Shown one piece after another: positions 7,347 through 16,170 of a stretch of DNA of 44,778 nucleotides. The notes under the pieces are model-generated. The model searched no databases, was not told where the DNA came from, and was given only the letters and a program-made list of their open reading frames with translations. Location of the stretch: NCBI GenBank assembly GCA_001822675.1, contig MHRY01000048.1, positions 1 through 44,778 on the forward strand. Reading direction: 5' to 3'. The translations under genes and the position numbers were made by a program. Numbering within the stretch: position 1 is the first letter of the stretch; the number at the start of each line of letters is the position of its first letter. This DNA is from Candidatus Taylorbacteria bacterium RIFCSPLOWO2_01_FULL_45_34b (GTDB lineage Bacteria; Patescibacteriota; Minisyncoccia; Phycocordibacterales; DSPV01).

Positions 7347-9134
7347 CTACACTCCCCTTTTGTCCATATACTCCTGCCACAATGTGGCCAGTTTAGGACA
7401 AGACCGGAGCAACTCGGCAAGCGTGCCAGATCCAATAATCCTTCCCTTTTCGAATACGTAAATACAATCGAAAAGTGCTAAAAGATGGAGCCGGTGAACC
7501 GAGGAGATGATGACCTTGCCTTCGAACCCTCTAAAGATGTTTCGGTAGATCTGCATCTCTGTTTTCATATCGACACTGCTCGTCGGCTCATCGAGAAGGA
7601 CGATGTCCTTGTCGTGGCATGTGAGCAGTCCACGTGAGAGCGCGAGACGTTGTTGCTGGCCCCCGCTCAAATTCACTCCCCGCTCTCTGATTGAGGAGTC
7701 AAACTTTTTTGGAAGCTTTTCGACGACATCAGTAAAACATGCCATATCGGTAAACCGCCGTATGAATGCCATGTCATAATCAGCACCGATTGTAATATTG
7801 TCCCTAATCGTCGTTGCGAAGATTTCTGGACTTTGCGGCACCAGCGCGATCGCTCGCGCGATACCTCTAAACCCTTCTTTAATTTCCTTACCGTCCACAA
7901 AGAGATTTCCTCTTCGAGGATGATAGAGATCTCGTATGAGTTTGAGTAGCGTCGTCTTGCCGTCGCCACTGTCCCCAACGAAAGCAATTTTTGCCCCGCG
8001 AGTGATAGAGAGCGAAATGTCAGTTAAATGCTGATCCCCGCTTCTATCGCTGTGGTACGAGAAATCTAAACCTTTTACCTCAAATGTTTTCCAACCAGAA
8101 GGAAGAACATGGTTTGTGAAGCTTTCGGGCTTGAAATCTTTTGCCAACTCCTCGGCATTCATCACCTTCGATTTATGTTGGAGAATCTCGCCATACATTT
8201 CTGTGAAGCGGAAAAATAACTGGCTAATTTTGTTTAGATACTGGATGAGAAGATAAACACTGCCCACGAGTACCCCTTGTGTTGTTCCCAAGTGTTGCCA
8301 GAAATAGATGCCCAAAACGAGCACCGTCATGACGTTACAACACATGTTGGTCAGAAACCATTTGAACTCATCGAGACGAATGTTCACCCGAAAGAGCTCG
8401 AGCGGCTTCTCAAGTTTGTGGACAATGGCTTTGAAGATCCGTTGCTCCACGCGCAAGATGATGACCGTCATGATGTTAGTAATCGAATCAAGCACTTTTT
8501 CTGAAATTTTATTTTCAGCGTGGTTGAGCTCCTTGTATTGACCTAACAGCACCCGATCGAATCGCATCGTTATCCATACCGTAACAAGAATCATGGCCGT
8601 GACAATAATCGCGGCTGGGGAACTGAAATAGACAAGCATCGCGAAGCTCCCGACAAGTTCTACAAAACAGTAGATGATCGTGAATGTGCCTTCCGAGAAG
8701 CGATATAAAGCACCCGCGCCTTTTTCCACTTTGTCATTGGTATCGCCCGAATGATGATCAACGTGCCATTCAACCGGCAGTGTCATGATGCCTTTAAGCA
8801 GATACTTTCGGTAATTGATCCGCGCCTTGAATGCGTTCATACGCTCCAAGATCCGCGCCGGACCGTGAAAAGACCAGAACACAAGATCAGTCACAAAGGT
8901 GAGGACGAGAAGTCCAAAAAGCGTTTTGAGACTACTGGCCATAATTCCCTGCTTCTGAATAACATCCATGATGTTCGCCCAGAGGATTGGTAAACAGAAA
9001 AGATCGATGAGACGGGCGACGATAAACATGACCACGAACCAGCCGATTTTTTTCCGATTACCCACCGAATACTCCCACATTTTAGCGAACAGGTAGAACA
9101 GCGGATTGCGCTTCTCTTTTTCATTAACTGGCAT
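7347..9134 (-). CDS. ABC exporter, fused permease and ATPase (MsbA/ABCB-like)
   Basis: 595 aa. N-terminal 6-TM domain, Walker A GDSGDGKTT, signature LSGGQQQR and Walker B IVLLDEPTS. Confidence 0.9.
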   Translation of the reverse strand: MPVNEKEKRNPLFYLFAKMWEYSVGNRKKIGWFVVMFIVARLIDLFCLPILWANIMDVIQKQGIMASSLKTLFGLLVLTFVTDLVFWSFHGPARILERMNAFKARINYRKYLLKGIMTLPVEWHVDHHSGDTNDKVEKGAGALYRFSEGTFTIIYCFVELVGSFAMLVYFSSPAAIIVTAMILVTVWITMRFDRVLLGQYKELNHAENKISEKVLDSITNIMTVIILRVEQRIFKAIVHKLEKPLELFRVNIRLDEFKWFLTNMCCNVMTVLVLGIYFWQHLGTTQGVLVGSVYLLIQYLNKISQLFFRFTEMYGEILQHKSKVMNAEELAKDFKPESFTNHVLPSGWKTFEVKGLDFSYHSDRSGDQHLTDISLSITRGAKIAFVGDSGDGKTTLLKLIRDLYHPRRGNLFVDGKEIKEGFRGIARAIALVPQSPEIFATTIRDNITIGADYDMAFIRRFTDMACFTDVVEKLPKKFDSSIRERGVNLSGGQQQRLALSRGLLTCHDKDIVLLDEPTSSVDMKTEMQIYRNIFRGFEGKVIISSVHRLHLLALFDCIYVFEKGRIIGSGTLAELLRSCPKLATLWQEYMDKRGV

Positions 9135-9190
9135 ACGGACTCCTTCTTTTCAGGGTTGTAGTTTAATTTGTGAAAGAACCAAAAAAACTA

Positions 9191-9216
9191 AAAACACCGC
9201 TTTTACGCGGTGTTTT
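9191..9216. terminator. Terminator-like hairpin
   Basis: AAAACACCGC-TTTTAC-GCGGTGTTTT sits in the ABC/typA divergent intergenic region. Confidence 0.5.
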
Positions 9217-9352
9217 AGATATTCAAACAAAATAGTTTAAATATACGGAACACAGCGTAACAAGACCTGCTTTGGAGCAAGGTTTGGCTTACTATTTGGT
9301 TTTGGGGGTGTATTTATCATTACAAACACAGACTAATTCGGGTTGATGAAAA

Positions 9353-9528
9353 AGTCAAATAATCGCTCGGATTCATTTTTTGAAATGTACGGATATTTTT
9401 CTGCTGAAAAATTCCTCGTGCTCGCGCCAGTCGCGCTCACAAGTCATTTCAAAAAAGAATCCTCGCTTAGAGGATAAGGAATTAGGGTTCTAAAGTCTTT
9501 CAAAATGAATCCGAGCGGCTATTTGACT
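9353..9528. repeat. MITE-like element or long stem: ~31-bp imperfect terminal inverted repeats around a ~113-bp core
   Basis: The left arm is AGTCAAATAATCGCTCGGATTCATTTTTTGAAA. The reverse complement of the right arm is AGTCAAATAGCCGCTCGGATTCATTTTGAAA (27 of 31 positions match). Confidence 0.5.
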
Positions 9529-9584
9529 TATCTATGTTTTTTTGTTTAAATAGAGTCACCTAGAGCTGCGGCTCTTTTTCATTT

Positions 9585-11384
9585 ATGGAATCGAAAGAAA
9601 TACGAAATATTGCAATAATTGCCCACGTTGACCACGGCAAAACGACCCTGACGGACGCGCTTATGCGCCAAACCGGCATGGTCACGGATACGTCAGTTAG
9701 CATGGATTCAAACGCGCTCGAGCAGGAGCGTGGTATTACCATATACGCCAAAAACGCTTCACTTTTTTGGAAAGGCACGAAAATCAATATTGTTGACACT
9801 CCAGGTCACGCGGACTTCGGTTCTGAAGTTGAACGGGTGCTCCGATCGATTGACACCGTTCTTCTTCTGGTTGACGCCCAAGAAGGTCCGATGCCCCAAA
9901 CCCGTTTCGTTCTTAAGAAATCACTGGAACTTGGACTGAAACCAATTGTCATCGTAAACAAAATTGATAAACCCGCCGCGCGACCAGACGAAGTCCATGA
10001 AGAAATTCTCGAGCTTTTTGTGGAGCTCGGCGCCTCAAACGACCAAATTGATTTCCATACCATCTACGCCATCAGCCGCAACGGCATTGCCAAACGAAAA
10101 TTAACGGACGAATCGAAAGATCTCTCGCCGCTTCTTGACGCTATTTTGGAATTGGTGCCGCCAGCTAAAGGCGACACCGCGCTCCCCTTCCGCATGCAAC
10201 CGTTCAATCTTGCGTATGATAATTTTCTCGGCCGCCTTGCCATCGGCCGCATGTACGAAGGCGTGCTCAAAATCGGCGCGAATGTTATCGTAAAAAAACC
10301 CGACGGTAGTTCGCATAAAGGCAAAATTACCAAACTCTACACCTTTGAAGGAATCAGCCGAAAAGAAGTCGAGGAAGTGCGAGCCGGAGACATCGTGATG
10401 ATTGCCGGACTACCGGATATTTACATCGGCGACACAGTTTGTGAAAAAGAAGATCAGCCGCCACTCCCCGCCATCGCCATTGATGAACCGACTATTTCGC
10501 TCAATTTCTTGGTTAATGATTCGCCGTTCGCTGGCCGGGAAGGAAAATTCGTTACGACTCGCCAAATCAAAGAACGACTCGAAAAAGAACTCGAAGTCAA
10601 CGTCGGTTTGAAAGTTGATTTCTCGGGCAGTGATTCATACAAAGTGTTCGGCCGCGGCGAACTCCATATCTCCATCCTGCTTGAAAACATGCGCCGTGAG
10701 GGTTATGAACTGCAAGTCTCCCAACCACAAGTCATCATAAAAGAAATTGACGGCCAAAAAATGGAGCCGTACGAAGAGACTATTGTGGACGTGCCAAGCG
10801 TTTCCGCTGGCGACGTTATTAAAAAACTGGGATCGAGACGCGGCATTCTTATGTCCCAGAAAGATCACGAAAATCAAACGCGGCTCATTTTCGAAATCCC
10901 GACTCGCGGCCTGTTGGGTTATCGGGGTGAATTCGTTATTAACACTAAAGGCGAAGGCATTTTGTCATCTCGTTTTATAGAATTCCGCGCATGGGCTGGC
11001 GAAATTAGAAAGCATGCGTTTGGCTCCATGATTTCCATGGAAAATGGCACGGCACTCGCCTACTCGCTGTTCAACCTGCAAGAACGCGGCACCATTTATA
11101 TTGATCCCGCCATTCCCGTCTACGAAGGTATGATTCTTGGAAATACTTCAAAAGGGGAGGACTTGGACGTAAACCCAACTAAAAACAAACTTTTGACTAA
11201 TTACCGAAACACCAATACCGGCGATGCTATTATGCTCATTCCGCCGTTTCGACTCACGATCGAACGTGGTTTGGAAATTATGAAAGAAGACGAATATTTG
11301 GAAATCACGCCAAAATCAGTCCGGCTTCGGAAACAATTCCTCTCCAAAACTGATCGAGCGCGAAATTCTCGAAAATCATCCTAG
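9585..11384 (+). CDS. typA: Translational GTPase TypA/BipA
   Basis: 599 aa. G1 AHVDHGKTT, G3 DTPGHADF and G4 NKID motifs, with the TypA-type C-terminal domain architecture. Confidence 0.95.
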   Translation: MESKEIRNIAIIAHVDHGKTTLTDALMRQTGMVTDTSVSMDSNALEQERGITIYAKNASLFWKGTKINIVDTPGHADFGSEVERVLRSIDTVLLLVDAQEGPMPQTRFVLKKSLELGLKPIVIVNKIDKPAARPDEVHEEILELFVELGASNDQIDFHTIYAISRNGIAKRKLTDESKDLSPLLDAILELVPPAKGDTALPFRMQPFNLAYDNFLGRLAIGRMYEGVLKIGANVIVKKPDGSSHKGKITKLYTFEGISRKEVEEVRAGDIVMIAGLPDIYIGDTVCEKEDQPPLPAIAIDEPTISLNFLVNDSPFAGREGKFVTTRQIKERLEKELEVNVGLKVDFSGSDSYKVFGRGELHISILLENMRREGYELQVSQPQVIIKEIDGQKMEPYEETIVDVPSVSAGDVIKKLGSRRGILMSQKDHENQTRLIFEIPTRGLLGYRGEFVINTKGEGILSSRFIEFRAWAGEIRKHAFGSMISMENGTALAYSLFNLQERGTIYIDPAIPVYEGMILGNTSKGEDLDVNPTKNKLLTNYRNTNTGDAIMLIPPFRLTIERGLEIMKEDEYLEITPKSVRLRKQFLSKTDRARNSRKSS

Positions 11385-11391
11385 CTCCACA

Positions 11392-11431
11392 AATTTAGCA
11401 AATACCAGTGATAGCAAGCATATGCTAAATT
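11392..11431 (+). repeat. Conserved-loop hairpin, copy 2 (AATTTAGCA-22 nt-TGCTAAATT)
   Basis: It lies 8 nt after the typA stop. See the match to 1219..1260. Confidence 0.6.
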
Positions 11432-11527
11432 TTAATTTCTAGATTTTTAAAAAATCATACACAACAATTATTTACGGTCGGAGTGGATTGTTGTGGTGTG
11501 TGAAAAAAGAAATAAAGATTGAATGAG

Positions 11528-12087
11528 AAAAAAGCCTCGTCCTCGAGCAGACTCGGGACGGGGCAAGGTGGTAATGAACTGTTTCACCTTAATAGGAACC
11601 TCTCTCACCAAAATTCCTCTTCAGAAATGAGAAATTCATTCCAACATCTGAAAAAGAGGGTATGGTGTGTGGACATCTCAAGTTGATCTGATCATCTCCA
11701 TACCCTCTCGAGTCAACCGAAGCTGACTCAAAGCGTTTGTCTGTAGAGGTCTGACCTCTACAGATTTGAAAGAGCTACGGGTGGGGTGAAAAAACTTCCA
11801 AATATGGTTCTCATTTCTCCCCGCCCGTTTTCCTGTCTCTGTTAGACAAAGACAAGAAAGTGACAGCAGCAGAAGACTAGCGAGAAAGCTTCCAAAACTG
11901 AGGAAGCTTATAGCTTCTGGGACGGAAAAGTGTCCTCCGCCTAAGGCGGAGGAAGTGTGAGTTAGTGGTAATTTCAAGTTAATTGACAATATCTCTCACA
12001 CAAAATCGTGGTGGGTAATGGACTTACTCAGTTTAATCGAGCTTCTCTCCCACCACTCCCCCGTCTTAAACGGGAGAAAAATCGTCT
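11528..12087 (-). ncRNA. Unclassified large structured RNA, paralog 3 of 3 (about 560 nt)
   Basis: On the minus strand: promoter TTGACC (12117..12122)-17-TAAGTT (12094..12099) and terminator CCCCGTCCCGAG-TCTG-CTCGAGGACGAGG plus T6 (11528..11568). Blocks shared with paralog 1 are 11951..11965 = 1515..1529 (15 of 15), 11743..11772 ~ 1795..1824, 11698..11729 ~ 1847..1879 and 11611..11627 = 1950..1966. Confidence 0.7.
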
Positions 12088-12122
12088 GGCTAAAACTTAC
12101 CACGTCAATTGATTAAGGTCAA

Positions 12123-12158
12123 CAAAACCCTTCTCGACAAAAGTCGAGAAGGGTTTTG
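12123..12158. terminator. Bidirectional intrinsic terminator
   Basis: CAAAACCCTTCTCGAC-AAAA-GTCGAGAAGGGTTTTG is a perfect 16-bp stem downstream of the RRM gene. Confidence 0.8.
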
Positions 12159-12208
12159 TTCGTGACTTTTAATTCCAGAATCTACATTCTAGAATCTAAA
12201 ATCTACTT

Positions 12209-12517
12209 TTAGAAACTTCTTCGGTCACTGCCACCTCGATCGAAACCACCGTTTCGTCTTGGAGGTCGCTCGGCCATCGGCCGTGCTTCGTTGACGGTAA
12301 TTTTCCGTCCTTCGATCTCTTTGCCGTTTAGAGTTTCCACTGCCTTATCAGCATCTGCATCTTCCATTTCCACGAAACCAAAGCCTCGTGAACGACCGTT
12401 CATTTTATCCAAAAGAACGTTTGCGGAGATAACAGCGCCAACACCGGCAAAAATGTCTTTCAGACCATCAGAGGTGGTGCTGTAAGACAAATTTCCAACA
12501 TACAATTTCTTTGCCAT
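12209..12517 (-). CDS. RRM-type RNA-binding protein with an RG-rich tail
   Basis: RNP-2 LYVGNL and RNP-1 RGFGFVEM. The start is chosen at MAKKLYVGNL (12517) rather than the longer ORF reaching 12583. Confidence 0.9.
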   Translation of the reverse strand: MAKKLYVGNLSYSTTSDGLKDIFAGVGAVISANVLLDKMNGRSRGFGFVEMEDADADKAVETLNGKEIEGRKITVNEARPMAERPPRRNGGFDRGGSDRRSF

Positions 12518-12691
12518 ATTGAGATACGCTAACTTACTAAATCCCGACCTCGTCTCAATATGGCTGACGCGAAACGCAATCAAAAACCTCTTGAGAAAAC
12601 GAATGGCACTAGCATACAGGATGCCACGGAAGTGTCAAGGGGACTACGTCGCTGTTTGTTAAAAGTAAGGTTTTTGGCTACAATATTAGCA

Positions 12692-14008
12692 ATGAGTGAA
12701 GAAAAGAAACAAAAACTCTCTACGGATTCCTACAAGGGCGTCAGGGACTTCTATCCGGCGGATATGGCCATCCAAAACTATATTTTCGGCGTGATTAAAA
12801 AAGTAGTCGAAAGCTATGGCTACCTTGAATATAGTGCCTCTATACTGGAATCAGCCGATCTCTACAAAGCAAAAACTGGCGAAGAAATTGTGAATGAACA
12901 AACCTACACCTTCACTGATCGAGGTGGGCGCGAGGTGACGCTTCGGCCAGAAATGACGCCGACGGTCGCCCGCATGGTAGCCAAAAATCAAAAAGCTCTT
13001 CTCTTCCCGCTTCGTTGGTATTCAATCCCCAATCTCTTTCGCTATGAACAGCCACAGCGAGGCCGGCTTCGCGAACACTGGCAACTGAACGCCGACATTT
13101 TTGGTGAGAAAAGCCTTCACGCTGAAGTGGAAATTATTTCGCTTGCTTCGAGCATCATGCGAGCGTTTGGCGTCAAAGACAATCAATTTGAAATCCGAAT
13201 AAACAGTCGAAAAATCATAAACTACATTTTTGGGGAGCTTTTTGCTTTTCCCGAAGAGACGCGCTCCGAGTTAGCAAAACTCATTGATAAAAAAGAGAAG
13301 ATGGGGGCGGCAGTTTTTAAAGCCGCTTTAAAAACTGCCGCCGGAGAAAAAACCGACAAACTTCTCACCCTTCTCAACTCCAAAAACTTCGAGGAATTCG
13401 CGAAATCGCTCGGCGAAACTGCAGGCGAAAAAGCTGGCATGGACGAAATCAAAACGGTCATCGCTTCACTTGAAAAACTCGGTATTACGAACGTGGTATT
13501 CGACCAGACCTTGATGCGCGGCTTCGATTACTACACTGGCGTCGTGTTTGAAATATTCGATCAAAACCCTGACAACCGCCGCTCACTTTTCGGCGGTGGC
13601 CGGTATGACGATCTCCTTGAAATTTTCGGCAAAGAAAAAGTGCCGGCGGTGGGCTTTGGCATGGGAGATGTGACAATCCGCGATGTTTTGGAGACCTACA
13701 GCCTCCTACCCTCACCCACTTCAAAAATTAAGCTGGCGCTCTGCACCATCGACGAAAACGGCATTGGCTATGCCGAGGAAGTGGCGCAAGAACTCCGCGC
13801 GCAAGACATTTCAGTTATCGTGAACTATTCTGACAAGAAAGTGGGGGATCAAATTAAAAGCGTGGTTCGTCAATCAATCCCCTATGTCATTTGTATTGGT
13901 TCTGATGAAATAAAAAGCGGGAAATTAAAACTAAAAGAACTCGCGAGTGGCAAAGAAACAGAATTGGAATCTTCAAATGTAGCGATGCACATCAAGAATC
14001 AGAAATAG
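12692..14008 (+). CDS. hisS: Histidine--tRNA ligase
   Basis: Class II aaRS motifs (..LRPEMTP.., ..FRYE.PQ.GR.REF/HWQ.., ..GGGRYD..). The start is at MSEEKKQK (12692); the upstream 44 codons do not resemble HisRS. Confidence 0.9.
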   Translation: MSEEKKQKLSTDSYKGVRDFYPADMAIQNYIFGVIKKVVESYGYLEYSASILESADLYKAKTGEEIVNEQTYTFTDRGGREVTLRPEMTPTVARMVAKNQKALLFPLRWYSIPNLFRYEQPQRGRLREHWQLNADIFGEKSLHAEVEIISLASSIMRAFGVKDNQFEIRINSRKIINYIFGELFAFPEETRSELAKLIDKKEKMGAAVFKAALKTAAGEKTDKLLTLLNSKNFEEFAKSLGETAGEKAGMDEIKTVIASLEKLGITNVVFDQTLMRGFDYYTGVVFEIFDQNPDNRRSLFGGGRYDDLLEIFGKEKVPAVGFGMGDVTIRDVLETYSLLPSPTSKIKLALCTIDENGIGYAEEVAQELRAQDISVIVNYSDKKVGDQIKSVVRQSIPYVICIGSDEIKSGKLKLKELASGKETELESSNVAMHIKNQK

Positions 14009-14059
14009 CTTTTTATTCGTGTTATTCGCTCTTTATTCGTAGATTTGTGTCGAGCCCAT

Positions 14060-14635
14060 ATGCGGAAAATTGTGTTTGATATTGAAACCAGAAATTTTTT
14101 TGATGAAACGGGGTCGAATGACCCCGCCTCTCTAGATATTGCCGTCGTCTGCACGCATGATAGTGAAACAAACCTCTACCAAAGTTTTTTTGAAGAAGAA
14201 CTGTCTAAATTGTGGCCGATTCTGGAAAAAGCCGACATGCTTGTCGGTTTTAATTCTGACCATTTCGACATTCCGCTTCTCAATAAATATTACCCGGGTG
14301 ATCTGACCAAGATAAAAAGTCTTGATCTTTTGAAAGAAGTCCGACTGTCACTCGGACGAAGAATTAAACTCGACACCTTAGCCGAAGCGACGCTCGGCCG
14401 AAACAAAACTGCAAATGGCTTAGTCGCCTCGACATGGTGGAAAAAAGGTGAAAAAGAAAAAGTCAGAGAATACTGTATTGAAGACGTGCGGATTACCAAA
14501 GATATTTATGACTTTGCCCGCGCAAACGGCCACCTCAAATACAAAGACGCTGGCGTGCTCAAAGAAATAAAACTCGACACCTCAAACTGGGAAAAGGCTG
14601 GCGGCCAATCAATGACGTTCACGTTGCCTTTTTAA
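14060..14635 (+). CDS. RNase H-like/DEDD 3'-5' exonuclease domain protein (PolB-exo-like)
   Basis: FDIET (ExoI), GFNSDHFDIPLL (ExoII) and YCIEDVRITKDIY (ExoIII). The start is at ATG 14060. Confidence 0.75.
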   Translation: MRKIVFDIETRNFFDETGSNDPASLDIAVVCTHDSETNLYQSFFEEELSKLWPILEKADMLVGFNSDHFDIPLLNKYYPGDLTKIKSLDLLKEVRLSLGRRIKLDTLAEATLGRNKTANGLVASTWWKKGEKEKVREYCIEDVRITKDIYDFARANGHLKYKDAGVLKEIKLDTSNWEKAGGQSMTFTLPF

Positions 14636-14723
14636 CCTAAAACTAGACGAGTAAGAAAAGTGATCTAGGGTAGGCCTATATAGGCCAGTGTCCAAACATG
14701 AATAAAGAGCGTGCTGATTCCAT

Positions 14724-14761
14724 ATACACTTAATTTCAGCGACCGCGTAAATTAAGTGTAT
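14724..14761. repeat. AT-rich hairpin with a GCGACCGC loop, abutting the -35 box of the next gene
   Basis: ATACACTTAATTT-CAGCGACCGCGT-AAATTAAGTGTAT, followed by TTGACT-17-TAATGT. Confidence 0.55.
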
Positions 14762-14812
14762 GTTGACTTTTTGTGAGTATTTCAGTAATGTACGCTAAGA
14801 TACCGGGGGGAA

Positions 14813-15226
14813 ATGATTCCTCGGCAAACCATAGGAGGATGTGTGTTTTTTGTATTGACCATCGTATGCTCGGTTATCGGAATTGTCTTTTACAGTATTG
14901 CCGTTCACTGTGCAAAAAAACAAACCACGTTTGAAGACTTCGAAACGGGTGCATTCATAGCTGTCATTTTGGCAATAGCTTTTCATTTACTAAGTGGCCA
15001 AGACGGCAATGCAAAGTCACATTGGCGGTTGTGGAACACCAACATCAAGGTGACTGCGGCAATAACGAATGGGAACAATGTTGTCGTAACAGTAATCATC
15101 CCTAATGGCAAAATTAACCTCTATTCGTTCCCGAAAAACGAAGTCGAGAGCCTCGAGGTTGGAAAATATCACACTGTGGCAGGAAAAAACATATTGGCCA
15201 AACCAACTTTGGTTGTCTCTGAATAA
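14813..15226 (+). CDS. Hypothetical membrane protein
   Basis: 137 aa with two N-terminal hydrophobic helices. GGGGGG lies upstream of the ATG, and there is a promoter-like site and a strong downstream terminator. Confidence 0.55.
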   Translation: MIPRQTIGGCVFFVLTIVCSVIGIVFYSIAVHCAKKQTTFEDFETGAFIAVILAIAFHLLSGQDGNAKSHWRLWNTNIKVTAAITNGNNVVVTVIIPNGKINLYSFPKNEVESLEVGKYHTVAGKNILAKPTLVVSE

Positions 15227-15248
15227 ATCGGCGGGGACAGAGACTTTC

Positions 15249-15285
15249 AACCCGCATTCGCCTTAGGTGAATGCGGGTTTTATTA
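15249..15285 (+). terminator. Intrinsic terminator
   Basis: CCCGCATTC-GCCTTAGGT-GAATGCGGG followed by TTTTATTATTTT. Confidence 0.8.
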
Positions 15286-15356
15286 TTTTAATCTTTCATC
15301 CCAACACCAAATTAACGACTTGAAATTAACGACTTGCGATGTCGTTAATTTTTAGT

Positions 15357-16076
15357 TTATATCCCCGCAAGTCTGATAAAAGCGTAAAGAGTGGCGACAC
15401 CGAGAACAGTCATGAATGTTGTCCAATAGGTTGGATGAGCATGATGGCTCTCCGGCAATAAATCGCTTGCGCCGATGTAGAGGAAAAAGCCAGTGAAAAT
15501 GGCGAGAAGCATACCGAGCGTTGCATTTGTGACAGTTATAAATAAAGTAGCGAGAATTCCAAGAACCGGAGCCAGTGCGTCAACAATGAGCCATTTGAAC
15601 GCCATCTTTTTCCCTCCGCCGGATTTCAAAATAAGACCGACAGTGTTGATACCGTCAGAAAAATCATGTGCCAAAACCGCAAGCGCCACCACGATACCAA
15701 CCGCTGGGGAAACTTGAAAAGCAAACCCGACCGCCAAACCATCCAAAAAACTGTGGACAGAAAGACTGCCAGCGCCGAGCACGCCACGGTGTGTTTTATT
15801 TTCACAATTGACATCATCGTGACCATGACCGATGACTGCCCGATCCAAAATCATAAAAAGGACGAAACCGAGTGCGGCAAGCGAAGTGGTTAAAGAGATA
15901 TCGGATGTGCCGCTCATAAGCTCGAGACTCTCGGGCAGTAAATCAAAAAAAGCCACACCGATAACCGCGCCAGCGCTAAAACCCAAAACAAGATGTAATT
16001 TGTCCTTGAAACGTAGCGCGAATACCCCGCCTAAAAACGTGGCAAGAAAAGCGGCCACACCAATAAGAAAAATCAT
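15357..16076 (-). CDS. ZIP-family divalent metal transporter (ZupT-like)
   Basis: 239 aa and polytopic. It has the HSFLDGLAVG and AHDFSDGINT signatures and a histidine-rich loop (GHGHDD). Confidence 0.85.
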   Translation of the reverse strand: MIFLIGVAAFLATFLGGVFALRFKDKLHLVLGFSAGAVIGVAFFDLLPESLELMSGTSDISLTTSLAALGFVLFMILDRAVIGHGHDDVNCENKTHRGVLGAGSLSVHSFLDGLAVGFAFQVSPAVGIVVALAVLAHDFSDGINTVGLILKSGGGKKMAFKWLIVDALAPVLGILATLFITVTNATLGMLLAIFTGFFLYIGASDLLPESHHAHPTYWTTFMTVLGVATLYAFIRLAGI

Positions 16077-16170
16077 ACGCTAAACTATAGCACAAAAAAG
16101 TAATCTAGTAGACACTTGCTTTTTGGAAAATAATGCTATACTTTTTCAAACAATACATAATATATTTAAC

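Noticed and set aside
9346-9477. A 43-codon ORF (MKKSNNRSDSFFEMYGY...) inside the MITE-like element
   Set aside because: It has no convincing ribosome-binding site and no recognisable family. Its 5' part is simply the left inverted repeat.
11678-11989. Track ORF 11678..11989(-), 103 aa
   Set aside because: It lies inside RNA copy 3. Its sequence is the translation of conserved helices and it has no counterpart frame in copy 1.
12518-12691. Long N-terminal extensions of the RRM gene (to 12583) and hisS (from 12560), which would overlap each other
   Set aside because: The extensions are not family-like. Internal ATGs give canonical N-termini (MAKKLYVGNL and MSEEKKQK).
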